From a candidate division FCPU426 bacterium (GTDB taxonomy: Bacteria; Oederibacteriota; JAAXVQ01; JAUVAV01): a stretch of DNA of 28,279 nucleotides. The stretch lies in assembly GCA_030637655.1 (NCBI GenBank), contig DAOWGI010000059.1, positions 1-28,279 on the forward strand, in the 5' to 3' direction. Position numbers and translations under genes: made by a program. Positions 1 to 7,869 of the stretch are shown here, piece by piece. Every line of letters starts with the position of its first letter. Position 1 is the first letter of the stretch. Under the pieces are notes generated by a model, which saw nothing but the letters and a program-made list of their open reading frames with translations, was not told the DNA's origin and ran no database searches.

Positions 1-38
1 AACAAAGGCTGCCATACCCGCAGGATTTTTATATTCCC

Positions 39-103
39 GTAGGGGCAGGGCTTGCCCCTGCCCTGGTTTTAATTTGAAGGGCACCCGCAAGGGGTGCCCC
101 TAC
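39..103. repeat. Inverted pair of GTAG-headed REP-like palindromes (REPIN-like)
   Basis: GTAGGGGCAGGGCTTGCCCCTGCCC (39-63) and GGGCACCCGCAAGGGGTGCCCCTAC (79-103), each a hairpin, GTAG heads facing outward. Confidence 0.8.
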
Positions 104-113
104 GATTAAAATT

Positions 114-142
114 ATCTGCGTCTATCTGCGTTCATCGGCGGC
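114..142. repeat. Right arm of ATCTGCG-type periodic palindromic repeat
   Basis: ATCTGCGTCTATCTGCGTTCATCGGCGGC, 10-bp period; left arm presumably outside the window. Confidence 0.6.
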
Positions 143-158
143 TAATTTTGGTTTCATT

Positions 159-176
159 AGTTCACTGACATGTTAC
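159..176. mobile_element. Right terminal inverted repeat of GTAAC...GTTAC MITE-like element
   Basis: AGTTCACTGACATGTTAC identical to 16122-16139. Confidence 0.7.
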
Positions 177-197
177 CCAAATATTTCGCAGGTTAAA

Positions 198-1445
198 TCA
201 GGTATTCATAGCATCGAGAAAAGCCTTATTATTTTTGGTTTTTCCCATTTTGTCCAACAATAATTCCATAACTTCGACCACTGATATCGGATTCAAGACT
301 TTTCTCAGCAACCAGATTCGAGCTAAATCATCCGGCGGAATTAAAAGTTCCTCTTTACGGGTTCCGGAGCGTTGAATATCAATAGCCGGAAAAACACGTT
401 TTTCCACCAACTTGCGGTCCAAGCATAATTCCATATTACCAGTACCCTTAAATTCCTCAAAAATAACCTCATCCATGCGGCTGCCTGTATCCACCAGCGC
501 GGTGGCGATGATGGTTAAGCTGCCGCCTTCTTCCAACGCCCGGGCTGCGCCAAAAAACCGTTTCGGTCGCTGCAGAGCAGTAGAATCCACACCACCAGAC
601 AAAATCTTGCCGGAAGAGGGTATAATGGTATTGTGCGCCCGTCCCAGACGAGTGATGGAATCCAGGAGAATAACCACATCCCGTTTATGCTCAACCAAGC
701 GTTTAGCTTTTTCAATAACCATGTCCGCTACCTGCACGTGCCTATCCGCAGGTTCATCAAAGGTAGAAGAGACAACCTCACCTTTGACCGAACGCTGCAT
801 GTCCGTGACTTCTTCCGGACGCTCATCAATGAGCAAGACAATTAACCATATATCCGGGTTGTTTTCAGTAATGGCATTGGCAATTTTCTGCAATAAGATG
901 GTCTTGCCGGTTCGCGGTGGAGCAACAATCAGTCCTCGTTGCCCTTTTCCGATTGGAATCAACAGATCCATAATCCGGCTGCTGATATCTCCTTTGGTGT
1001 GTTCCAATTTGATTTTTTCCACGGGATGAATCGGGGTTAAATTATCAAATAGAATTTTATCCGCCTGTTTCTCGGGCGTATCAAAATTGATTTTCTCGAC
1101 TTTCAGCAGGGCAAAATAACGTTCGCCTTCTTTGGGAGGCCGCACCTGACCGGTAATGGTATCACCTGTGCGTAAATCAAAGCGTCGAATCTGCGAAGGA
1201 GACACATAGATGTCATCCGGTCCGGGCAGGTAATTGTAATCCGGCGAACGCATGAAACCGAATCCGTCCGGAAGAACTTCCAGCACACCTTCAGCCGTAA
1301 TCTCACCATTTTTCGAAGATTGGGCTTCAATGATCTTAAATATTAGTTCTTGTGTTTTCAAGCCGGACACATTCGCCAGCTTTAGCTTCTTCGCCAAGCT
1401 GTTTAAATCAGAGATGCTTTTATGTTTCAGTTCTGTAATGTTCAT
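198..1445 (-). CDS. rho: Transcription termination factor Rho
   Basis: [27 protein letters not shown], Walker [33 protein letters not shown]; 415 aa, no N-terminal insertion; RBS AAGGA. Confidence 0.99.
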   Translation of the reverse strand: MNITELKHKSISDLNSLAKKLKLANVSGLKTQELIFKIIEAQSSKNGEITAEGVLEVLPDGFGFMRSPDYNYLPGPDDIYVSPSQIRRFDLRTGDTITGQVRPPKEGERYFALLKVEKINFDTPEKQADKILFDNLTPIHPVEKIKLEHTKGDISSRIMDLLIPIGKGQRGLIVAPPRTGKTILLQKIANAITENNPDIWLIVLLIDERPEEVTDMQRSVKGEVVSSTFDEPADRHVQVADMVIEKAKRLVEHKRDVVILLDSITRLGRAHNTIIPSSGKILSGGVDSTALQRPKRFFGAARALEEGGSLTIIATALVDTGSRMDEVIFEEFKGTGNMELCLDRKLVEKRVFPAIDIQRSGTRKEELLIPPDDLARIWLLRKVLNPISVVEVMELLLDKMGKTKNNKAFLDAMNT

Positions 1446-1696
1446 ACGATTTCCTTTCTCGCTGGGAGAATTAATCTACAGGTATCGCTAGATGAAAATA
1501 TTTTTGATCCAGTGATCGGACTATTATTAAGGTTGGTTATATTTTAAGTAACGGCAACACCTTTTCAAAGGTTTACTTTTTTATCACACTATCTAAACCA
1601 CTCCAACTGTTTATCGCCTAGAGAATGGAATCCAAAAATTGCGGGGTAACGGCACGATAGGTGCATAGCATCGTTCCGTCTTGGTAGACAAAAATG

Positions 1697-1725
1697 AGTA
1701 TAGCCAAGCTTTAAAATTCTGTCAA
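1697..1725 (-). promoter_or_regulatory. Sigma70-type promoter for rho
   Basis: TTGACA (1725-1720), 17 bp, TATACT (1702-1697). Confidence 0.8.
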
Positions 1726-1738
1726 TTCATTTTTTGCT

Positions 1739-3172
1739 TTACGATTCATACACTCGGACCAAATCACGGCCATTCCGTTTGGCCTGATACAAAGCCGTGT
1801 CCGCGGTGGTAATCAAGGCTTCTCTGGAGTACGCGTCGTCCGGATACATACTTACCCCACCCGAAATGGTCAGGTTCAATTTTAACTCGCCCACATCAAT
1901 GGGTGAGGATTTTAAAAAAGTATTGATGGATCGCGCCACCTGTTCGGCTCCCGCCTTGGTTGTGTTGGGCAGCAGGACGGCAAATTCTTCACCCCCATAT
2001 CTCGCCACCAGTGCTATTTCCCCCGCCATTTCCTTAATTCTCGCCGCACTCTCCACCAAAACCGCATCACCGACTTGATGCCCGTATTTGTCGTTGATAT
2101 TTTTAAAGTGATCCATATCCAGCATAATCAACGAGAGCGGCTGGTGGTAGCGCTCTGCCCGATGCAATTCTTCCCGCAACCGGTCCTGGAAGAAACGGTG
2201 AACGTACAACCCCGTCTGACTGTCGGTAAAGGAAAGGGTTTGTACCTTCCGATACAACAAGGCTTTGCGCAAGGCAAATACAATCTGTTTTCCCAAAACT
2301 TCGGTCTGCTTAAAATCCTGGGGAGAAAAAGATCCCGGCTGGTTAGAGCCCAAGGCCATGATACCAATCACAATTTCATGCATAACCAATGGAATAATCA
2401 ACATGGACCGAAACGGCATGGCCTGACACAAGCTGTGAAAACGCGGATCAGAGGTCATTTCCTTTATGCGCAAAGAACTAAAAGTCTCTCCCAACCAGAT
2501 TCGCAGGTTCTCGGTTTGAAGAACATCAGGAAATCCCTCATCGGATATTTCGTGTTCCTGTGTTTCCGCCCGTTGAAAATCACTGGATTCTTCCTCCGGA
2601 ATATAAAACGCTAAGCGTACATCTTCATCAGACTGGGCGCTAAAATGATGCGGCAGAACCTGCGCTACTTCCAAACGTGCCTCATCCAACATACTTTCCA
2701 ATTTCAAAATACCAGACAGCTTTTTGGCAACTTCATAGAGTTTGATCAAGGCTTTCAGACGCTTATTATATCCCTCAATCTGCCGCCGGATCACAAAGGC
2801 TTTGCGCTCCACCTTCAATAGTTCTTTGTCTTTGGGGTCCATACGCCGTCGAAACAGCTTGTATCCCAAATCACGATCTTTGTTATATAACGCCACCACA
2901 CCATAAAGACAACCCAAACAAACCACCTGCGTGACAGCAGGAGCTTGTGGAATCCATTGGATGAGATAAGCACCCACAATGGCAAACGTGGCCAGCACCG
3001 TAAAGACCATAGCTCCAAAATTTTCTTCCAATATTCCGGCCAATAAAACTAAAGGCAGTAATAATAAAGAAAATTTACCAATTACTTCCGCCCCCTGACT
3101 CAGCAGCATTAGACTTAAGACCAGAATATAGCCGGCGATTAAAACCCCGTAATGTTTCTGTTTGCGCGTCAT
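1739..3172 (-). CDS. Membrane-anchored GAF-GGDEF diguanylate cyclase
   Basis: N-terminal TM helices, coiled coil, GAF (SMLIIPLVMHEIVIGIMALGS), GGDEF domain with DMDHFKNINDKYGHQVGD and RYGGEEF; no RxxD I-site; ATGA overlap with upstream gene. Confidence 0.93.
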   Translation of the reverse strand: MTRKQKHYGVLIAGYILVLSLMLLSQGAEVIGKFSLLLLPLVLLAGILEENFGAMVFTVLATFAIVGAYLIQWIPQAPAVTQVVCLGCLYGVVALYNKDRDLGYKLFRRRMDPKDKELLKVERKAFVIRRQIEGYNKRLKALIKLYEVAKKLSGILKLESMLDEARLEVAQVLPHHFSAQSDEDVRLAFYIPEEESSDFQRAETQEHEISDEGFPDVLQTENLRIWLGETFSSLRIKEMTSDPRFHSLCQAMPFRSMLIIPLVMHEIVIGIMALGSNQPGSFSPQDFKQTEVLGKQIVFALRKALLYRKVQTLSFTDSQTGLYVHRFFQDRLREELHRAERYHQPLSLIMLDMDHFKNINDKYGHQVGDAVLVESAARIKEMAGEIALVARYGGEEFAVLLPNTTKAGAEQVARSINTFLKSSPIDVGELKLNLTISGGVSMYPDDAYSREALITTADTALYQAKRNGRDLVRVYES

Positions 3173-4590
3173 GCCGCCCCCCCTGCCAATATGACGCGAT
3201 TACGACCGCTGCGCTTGGCCTGATACAACGCAGCATCGGTTACTCGTACCAATTCGTTCATTTCCACACCATGACGAGGGCATTCTCCAACACCAACACT
3301 AATGGTTATGTGCAAAGAAGTTCCCGCGGCTATAAATTCATGTTGCGCAATGTGTGAACGAATGCGCTCTGCCATGACCAAAGCACCTTCCACATTGGTG
3401 TTGGATAGAATAACGGCAAATTCTTCCCCGCCAAAGCGACACAGCAAATCAGCAACCCGTGCTTCCGCTCGTAGGCGCTCACCCAATTGCGCCAGTATTT
3501 GGTCTCCGGCCAGATGACCCATACGATCATTGATCCGTTTAAAATGATCTAAATCCAAAATCAAGAGAGAGAAGGAAGTCCCATGTTCACGATAACGGCT
3601 CAATTCCTCTTCAAATCGCTGATTAAAAAAACGTCGTAAGTAAAGGCCCGTCAAGCCATCAGTCATGGCCAGTTCCTGCGCATATTGGTAAAGCCTGGCG
3701 TTTTCTGCGGACACACCGGCCAAATCAGCAATAATAGTAAATAAGCGGACATCGTCTTGGCTGAAAATATCCGGCCTTGGGCTCTCAGCCCGCAAAACAC
3801 CGATTAGATGTCCCTCGGACTGCATGGGAGCCAACATAAGACTTCGTACCAAAGCCTGGGGTCCTAACGATTTAAAACGAAAATCATTATTGGTGTCAGT
3901 CACCAACAAAGTCGAACGATGTTGTGTAGTCCAGGCACCGTACTGATCTTCCGTGATTTTTTTAAATTCCTGCTCTTCTGTAATGCCACGAATCAACGGT
4001 TCACTTTTGTCCGGGAATTTCATAACCAACAGATAGTGTCCCCCTTCCGCGCCGATAATTTCCCTCACTTCCCGCATAATTTTATCGGCCAGTTTGTCGA
4101 GCTGCAATTGTGAACCCAGCACACGGGAAACACGATTCAAAAGAGAATATTTTTGATTTTTTTTCTGATTGGATACATTGACCACCAGATCGGTTTTGTA
4201 CTGTTCACGAATCAGAATCAGCCGCTCCTCGATATCAGAAAATGCGCTCTCATATCCCAATTCTTTTTCATGCGTGCGGTGCTGATAAATGAAACAAAAA
4301 ACCCAAGTCAACACCACCACCGGAACATGAAACCACATCCCCGAGCGGACTGCCTGATCAACCTCACGTAGACCGGCAACCCAAAAAAACAGAATCGTAA
4401 AAGCCATCAGGCTGTTCCCTACAGCCGGTCGGATACCCAATATTCCAACAATAGGAATCAATACAGCTAAAGATAGCCATTCCAATTGATTAGTGATCAT
4501 AACCAATACTACCAACCCCGGATAAGCACCGATCACTGCGGCCGGCAACACCCAGCGTTGCTTGGAATGTTGTTTAAAGTAATTCAACAT
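3169..4590 (-). CDS. Membrane-anchored GAF-GGDEF diguanylate cyclase
   Basis: TM N-terminus, GAF (SLMLAPMQSEGHLIGVLRAES), DLDHFKRINDRMGHLAGD, RVAD I-site, RFGGEEF. Start placed at ATG 4590 (TAATG overlap with coaE stop, GGGGGA upstream); ORF track start is 4632. Confidence 0.92.
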   Translation of the reverse strand: MLNYFKQHSKQRWVLPAAVIGAYPGLVVLVMITNQLEWLSLAVLIPIVGILGIRPAVGNSLMAFTILFFWVAGLREVDQAVRSGMWFHVPVVVLTWVFCFIYQHRTHEKELGYESAFSDIEERLILIREQYKTDLVVNVSNQKKNQKYSLLNRVSRVLGSQLQLDKLADKIMREVREIIGAEGGHYLLVMKFPDKSEPLIRGITEEQEFKKITEDQYGAWTTQHRSTLLVTDTNNDFRFKSLGPQALVRSLMLAPMQSEGHLIGVLRAESPRPDIFSQDDVRLFTIIADLAGVSAENARLYQYAQELAMTDGLTGLYLRRFFNQRFEEELSRYREHGTSFSLLILDLDHFKRINDRMGHLAGDQILAQLGERLRAEARVADLLCRFGGEEFAVILSNTNVEGALVMAERIRSHIAQHEFIAAGTSLHITISVGVGECPRHGVEMNELVRVTDAALYQAKRSGRNRVILAGGAA

Positions 4591-5312
4591 TATTTGCATC
4601 CCCCACTGCTTTGGGAAAGCAAACGCGCCCACAATTCCTGCGCCCCTTTCTTCACATCCATGTCAGAACCTAAATTGGGCAGAATGAAATCAGCCACTTT
4701 CTCGTACTCTTCGTCCCGCCACTGGACCGTAACCCGGGCACTGGCCTCATCCATGTTCAAACGTCTGCTGTCAGCCAAGCGCTGAACCCGCAATCCTCCT
4801 GGTGCCCGTACCCAAAGTACCGCATCACCCAGCCCGCGAAACGCGCGGGCAGGATAAACGGCCATATCCAAAACCAACGGTTTTCGACTCAGTTTGCGAT
4901 GCAGCGCTATTTTCGCATCCAACAACTTACGTAAACGTGTGTGCATAATTTTATTAAGCACGTCCAGCGCCTGCGGATTGGCAAACACCGTAGCACCGAG
5001 TTTATCCCGGCGAATCGCTCCGGCTACCGTAATTACCCACGGTAATTCCGGCAAAGAATTATTATGTAAATCCACAAAATCTTCAGACACAAACGACTTT
5101 TTTATGTTTTTCTTGTGATGTAGTTTGGCCCCGCAGAATTCCCATAAAATTTCATGCCAGGAAAGCGTGCCGGGTTTCAGAAGACGACGCGCAAAACAGT
5201 CCACATCAATAATCCGCGCCCCCAGTTTTTTGAATACCGCGGCCACAGTACTTTTGCCAGAACCGGTTCCTCCGGTTACGACAATGACAGGCGCTTGCTG
5301 TTTTTTAACCAT
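4590..5312 (-). CDS. coaE: Dephospho-CoA kinase, with ~30-aa insertion
   Basis: VTGGTGSGKSTV P-loop, GARIIDVD, IRRDKLGATVFAN, LNKIMH, ADFILPN; polA-coaE-rho neighbourhood. Confidence 0.88.
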   Translation of the reverse strand: MVKKQQAPVIVVTGGTGSGKSTVAAVFKKLGARIIDVDCFARRLLKPGTLSWHEILWEFCGAKLHHKKNIKKSFVSEDFVDLHNNSLPELPWVITVAGAIRRDKLGATVFANPQALDVLNKIMHTRLRKLLDAKIALHRKLSRKPLVLDMAVYPARAFRGLGDAVLWVRAPGGLRVQRLADSRRLNMDEASARVTVQWRDEEYEKVADFILPNLGSDMDVKKGAQELWARLLSQSSGGCK

Positions 5313-5362
5313 GGAGTTTATTTGAGAGTTTCACTAGAACACCTACCGGGCTCAGCCCTCTG

Positions 5363-5401
5363 AAAATGGTTTGTATAATTATTTCTTTTATCATATTTCC
5401 C
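5363..5401 (-). pseudogene. Remnant 5' end of a second mntA-like gene
   Basis: 33/39 identical (one 3-nt gap) to 6479-6520, the RBS/start of mntA; MIKEIIIQTIF vs MIDTEKIIQIIL. Confidence 0.55.
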
Positions 5402-5462
5402 GTCCCCGTCCAACAGAAACCTGGGCTCTGATGGAACTAAAAATCAGTTATCAAACCAGCCA

Positions 5463-5561
5463 TTATTTTATGTTCTCAATGATTTTTTCGATTTTACTAT
5501 CTTGTTTTCCAGCAGGCTTTCTATTAGTAAATATCAAGTAGTAATCAATCTCATTATTTTT
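5463..5561 (-). pseudogene. Internal fragment resembling restriction-endonuclease-like effector of ABC-three-component (Lamassu-like) systems
   Basis: Hand translation KNNEIDYYLIFTNRKPAGKQDSKIEKIIENIK*; resembles recalled 'DYYLxFTNRK..G.QD.KIE' segment; no start codon. Confidence 0.4.
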
Positions 5562-5625
5562 ATTGAAAGTGTTTATATTATAGGGCTGTTTATTTTTTTG
5601 TGCAAGTGTAATTGGTTTATAAAAT
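5559..5625 (-). promoter_or_regulatory. 67-bp direct repeat copy 1, containing sigma70 promoter
   Basis: 63/67 identical to 6762-6828; TTGCAC (5605-5600), 17 bp, TATAAT (5582-5577). Confidence 0.85.
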
Positions 5626-5647
5626 ACCTTATAAAATACAAGTAAGT

Positions 5648-5681
5648 AAAAATGCCACCGGCTAACGCCTGTGGCATTTTT
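5648..5681. terminator. Hairpin with A/T tails, probable bidirectional intrinsic terminator after hepT
   Basis: AAAAATGCCAC...GTGGCATTTTT, 11 bp beyond the hepT stop. Confidence 0.6.
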
Positions 5682-5692
5682 GCCCTGAGAAG

Positions 5693-6103
5693 CTAAGAAA
5701 CTTCCAGAACCATATTCGTAAATTTCACTAAATCATCCAGGTGATTTTCAATCACATCAACCATCAGCTTGAGATCGATTTTTTTATATTCATGAATCAA
5801 TACATTGCGGAATCCAACCATTTTCCCCAGATTATCTGCCAGTTCCTCAGGTATAATGCCGCTTTTTTCCAACAGCTCAAAACTCTCCTTGCTCTCCTTG
5901 GGCAGACCCAGTTTCTTGATTTTTATAATATGATTTGCCATATCAATCGCCAGTTCACAAACCCTCTGCAAATTAATCGCTATGGCATCCTGCTTTAGAT
6001 AATCCTTCTCAAAAGGAGTATCCTTATGCAGCGCATAGTAAACGCGAATCTGCTTGATACAGTGTTCAATACTTTCCTTTTTGTTCAACAAGATATCATT
6101 CAT
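5693..6103 (-). CDS. hepT: HEPN RNase toxin (DUF86/HepT), type VII TA
   Basis: 136 aa with RX4HXY motif RNVLIHEY; ATGA overlap with MNT gene. Confidence 0.92.
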   Translation of the reverse strand: MNDILLNKKESIEHCIKQIRVYYALHKDTPFEKDYLKQDAIAINLQRVCELAIDMANHIIKIKKLGLPKESKESFELLEKSGIIPEELADNLGKMVGFRNVLIHEYKKIDLKLMVDVIENHLDDLVKFTNMVLEVS

Positions 6104-6513
6104 GCTGCTATAAACCTCCCGTCCTTTACGGCATTTTCTATGATTTCCTTTCTTTCCTCATTCAATTTCTGATATTTCGAAATAGTCAGCATTTCAAATT
6201 CATCAGCCGCGCGTTCATCCTGACAGTATATTCTACGGTCAGCCATAATGATTTCTTTTTGAAAAACCGTATTAACCGCGCGAAGATTGACCAGATCCAC
6301 TTGCTTTTTCAAGCTCCTATCAAGCTCAAAGTATAAATCGCTCCTGGTCAAAGAACCGGCCTTCTCCGCTTTTTGCGGTGTGAACAGCAAAGCAATATCC
6401 ACATCACTGTCCGGCCATTCGTTTTCTGTTCCGTATGAACCGAAAAAGTATATCGCCTGTACGTCGGGGTAGTGTTTTAAAATGATTTGTATAATCTTTT
6501 CTGTATCTATCAT
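6100..6513 (-). CDS. mntA: Minimal nucleotidyltransferase antitoxin MntA, type VII TA
   Basis: GSX10DXD motif FGSYGTENEWPDSDVD, VDLVNL; directly upstream of HEPN gene. Confidence 0.92.
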   Translation of the reverse strand: MIDTEKIIQIILKHYPDVQAIYFFGSYGTENEWPDSDVDIALLFTPQKAEKAGSLTRSDLYFELDRSLKKQVDLVNLRAVNTVFQKEIIMADRRIYCQDERAADEFEMLTISKYQKLNEERKEIIENAVKDGRFIAA

Positions 6514-6545
6514 CTTTCCCTTTCACCTTTGGCAATCCATATACT

Positions 6546-6554
6546 ATTTATCAT
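6546..6554 (-). promoter_or_regulatory. Possible extended -10 promoter of mntA-hepT
   Basis: TG-A-TAAAAT about 32 bp upstream of the mntA start. Confidence 0.4.
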
Positions 6555-6571
6555 GACATAACACTTAGTCT

Positions 6572-6597
6572 GTCATTGCGGGCGCAGCGAGAAATCT
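6572..6597. repeat. GTCATT-headed palindromic repeat half
   Basis: GTCATTGCGGGCGCAGCGAGAAATCT; degenerate relative on the minus strand at ~6857-6889. Confidence 0.45.
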
Positions 6598-6613
6598 TAT
6601 CCTATAACACAAC

Positions 6614-6754
6614 TCATACTCTAACCTCAATAATCTTCATAGTCTCATTCCCGAAAATATCCACCACTTTCACGGCGACTTTGTGCCGACCAGCTTTGCA
6701 TTCCTGAAATGGCATTTTCAATTCCAGTTTGCGGTTTTTTTTAGTATAAAAAGA
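6614..6754 (-). pseudogene. C-terminal fragment of adenine DNA methyltransferase (type III Mod-like)
   Basis: Hand translation SFYTKKNRKLELKMPFQECKAGRHKVAVKVVDIFGNETMKIIEVRV*; 'K(I/V)AVKVVDIFGND' C-terminus typical of these methylases; preceded by in-frame TAG. Confidence 0.75.
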
Positions 6755-6761
6755 CTACATC

Positions 6762-6828
6762 TTTATTAAAAGTGTTCATATTATAGGACTGTTTAATTTT
6801 TTGTGCAAGTGTAATTGGTTTATAAAAT
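6762..6828 (-). promoter_or_regulatory. 67-bp direct repeat copy 2, containing sigma70 promoter
   Basis: TTGCAC (6808-6803), 17 bp, TATAAT (6785-6780); 4 mismatches vs copy 1, none in the hexamers. Confidence 0.85.
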
Positions 6829-7036
6829 GGGAACAGGACGCTGCACCAACGATATACTTGCCACCCCGCTGGTAGTCGCTCGCAATAACTTTTTTCTATT
6901 TCGGTTTTAGGGAATAATGATCTGTATTGCTTCAGCTGAAAACGCCTATTGGGGAACTATATCATATTCTGGAAAGCAAATTCCTATCAGTTCGAATAAA
7001 TGATTTTTGTTATCAATACGCCGCTTTCAAGTTGGA

Positions 7037-7334
7037 TCAAATGTCAAACATTTTTTTAAATTGTATAGCAATTTTACCAGGATGACCACCATTAGATTTC
7101 AACACTCGTAACATATCAGTGAAGTGCTGTGCTTTGTCAAATAACCCGGAAACATATGGTCTGCTGATTTTATCTTTACCCTGTTACATAACACCCCACG
7201 CTATCCTTCAGTGAAGGATGTTCTTTCCAAAATTCAAATTCAGCAGATTCTTCAATACGTTTCCCGTTACCATTACCTTTTTCGTAACTTATTTCATGAG
7301 GCCCGTCTACTTTGAATGCAGTCGTTGAAGCCAT
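7037..7334 (-). pseudogene. Disrupted gene, possibly GIY-YIG-like nuclease, with centre replaced by an 80-bp element
   Basis: RBS AAGGAG, ATG 7334: MASTTAFKVDGPHEISYEKG...FWKEHPSLKDSVGCYV, then element 7108-7187, then VLKSNGGHPGKIAIQFKKMFDI* ending 7037; GCYV resembles the 'GIY' motif. Confidence 0.5.
7108..7187. mobile_element. Short GTAAC...GTTAC MITE-like element
   Basis: Left end GTAACATATCAGTGAA matches the TIR at 15910/16139/176; right end CTGTTAC degenerate. Confidence 0.55.
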
Positions 7335-7558
7335 ATGTCTCTCCTTAAGCAACTTCCATAAAATAATTTTTTGCGGAAATATTTAAGTGAGATATTTCCA
7401 TGCCTTTATTATCGGTCAAAAACATCTCCGCTTAAGTCCTGAAGGTAACTAGGAGCTTGAGCATTTAGGCGGTTTTTTCGGTTGTCATTCCCGAATGCTC
7501 TTGTCGGGAATCCAGAGGCTTTGGTTTTAAATCCTAAGGACGTATTGCAATACGCCCT

Positions 7559-7728
7559 CTAGGAGCCTGTCGGACTTTAGTCTTTTTCCCCCTTTTGTAA
7601 AGGGGGGCAGGGGGGATTTATTGAAAAAACGCACAACTATCTGTTCAAAATCCCCCTCAATCCCCCTTTTTCAAAGGGGGAAGAGTGCTTAAAATCCGCT
7701 TTGGTGCCTAAGTCCGACAGGCTCCTAG
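7559..7728. mobile_element. MITE with 15-bp TIRs flanked by CTAG
   Basis: CTAG-GAGCCTGTCGGACTT ... AAGTCCGACAGGCTC-CTAG, perfect 19-bp inverted repeat. Confidence 0.8.
7587..7681. repeat. C/G-run double palindrome inside the MITE
   Basis: TCCCCCTTTTGTAAAGGGGGGCAGGGGGGATTT ... AAATCCCCCTCAATCCCCCTTTTTCAAAGGGGGA. Confidence 0.75.
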
Positions 7729-7869
7729 ATACCCGCTTACTACACGCGGGTATGACAAGAATACGTGGGATACGGGACGTTCATGATTTTATGACTAGGG
7801 GCACCCTTGAAAAAGTAAAAAAACAAAAAAAGAATGAAAGGAAATCGAGAAAAAGCTATCGAAAGAAAT

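Larger units (their letters stand above)
7484..7756. repeat. GTCAT...ATGAC paired-palindrome element (outer shell of nested structure)
   Basis: GTCATTCCCGAATGCTCTTGTCGGGAATCCAG (7484-7515) and GATACCCGCTTACTACACGCGGGTATGAC (7728-7756). Confidence 0.7.

Noticed and set aside
412-1029. 205-aa antisense ORF, representative of many shadow ORFs (e.g. 2075-2614, 12729-13199, 18298-19071)
   Set aside because: Lie opposite or out of frame within well-supported genes; no recognisable motifs
6910-7025. Possible additional gene remnant (RIDNKNHLFELIGICFPEYDIVPQ*)
   Set aside because: Too short, and no family recognised
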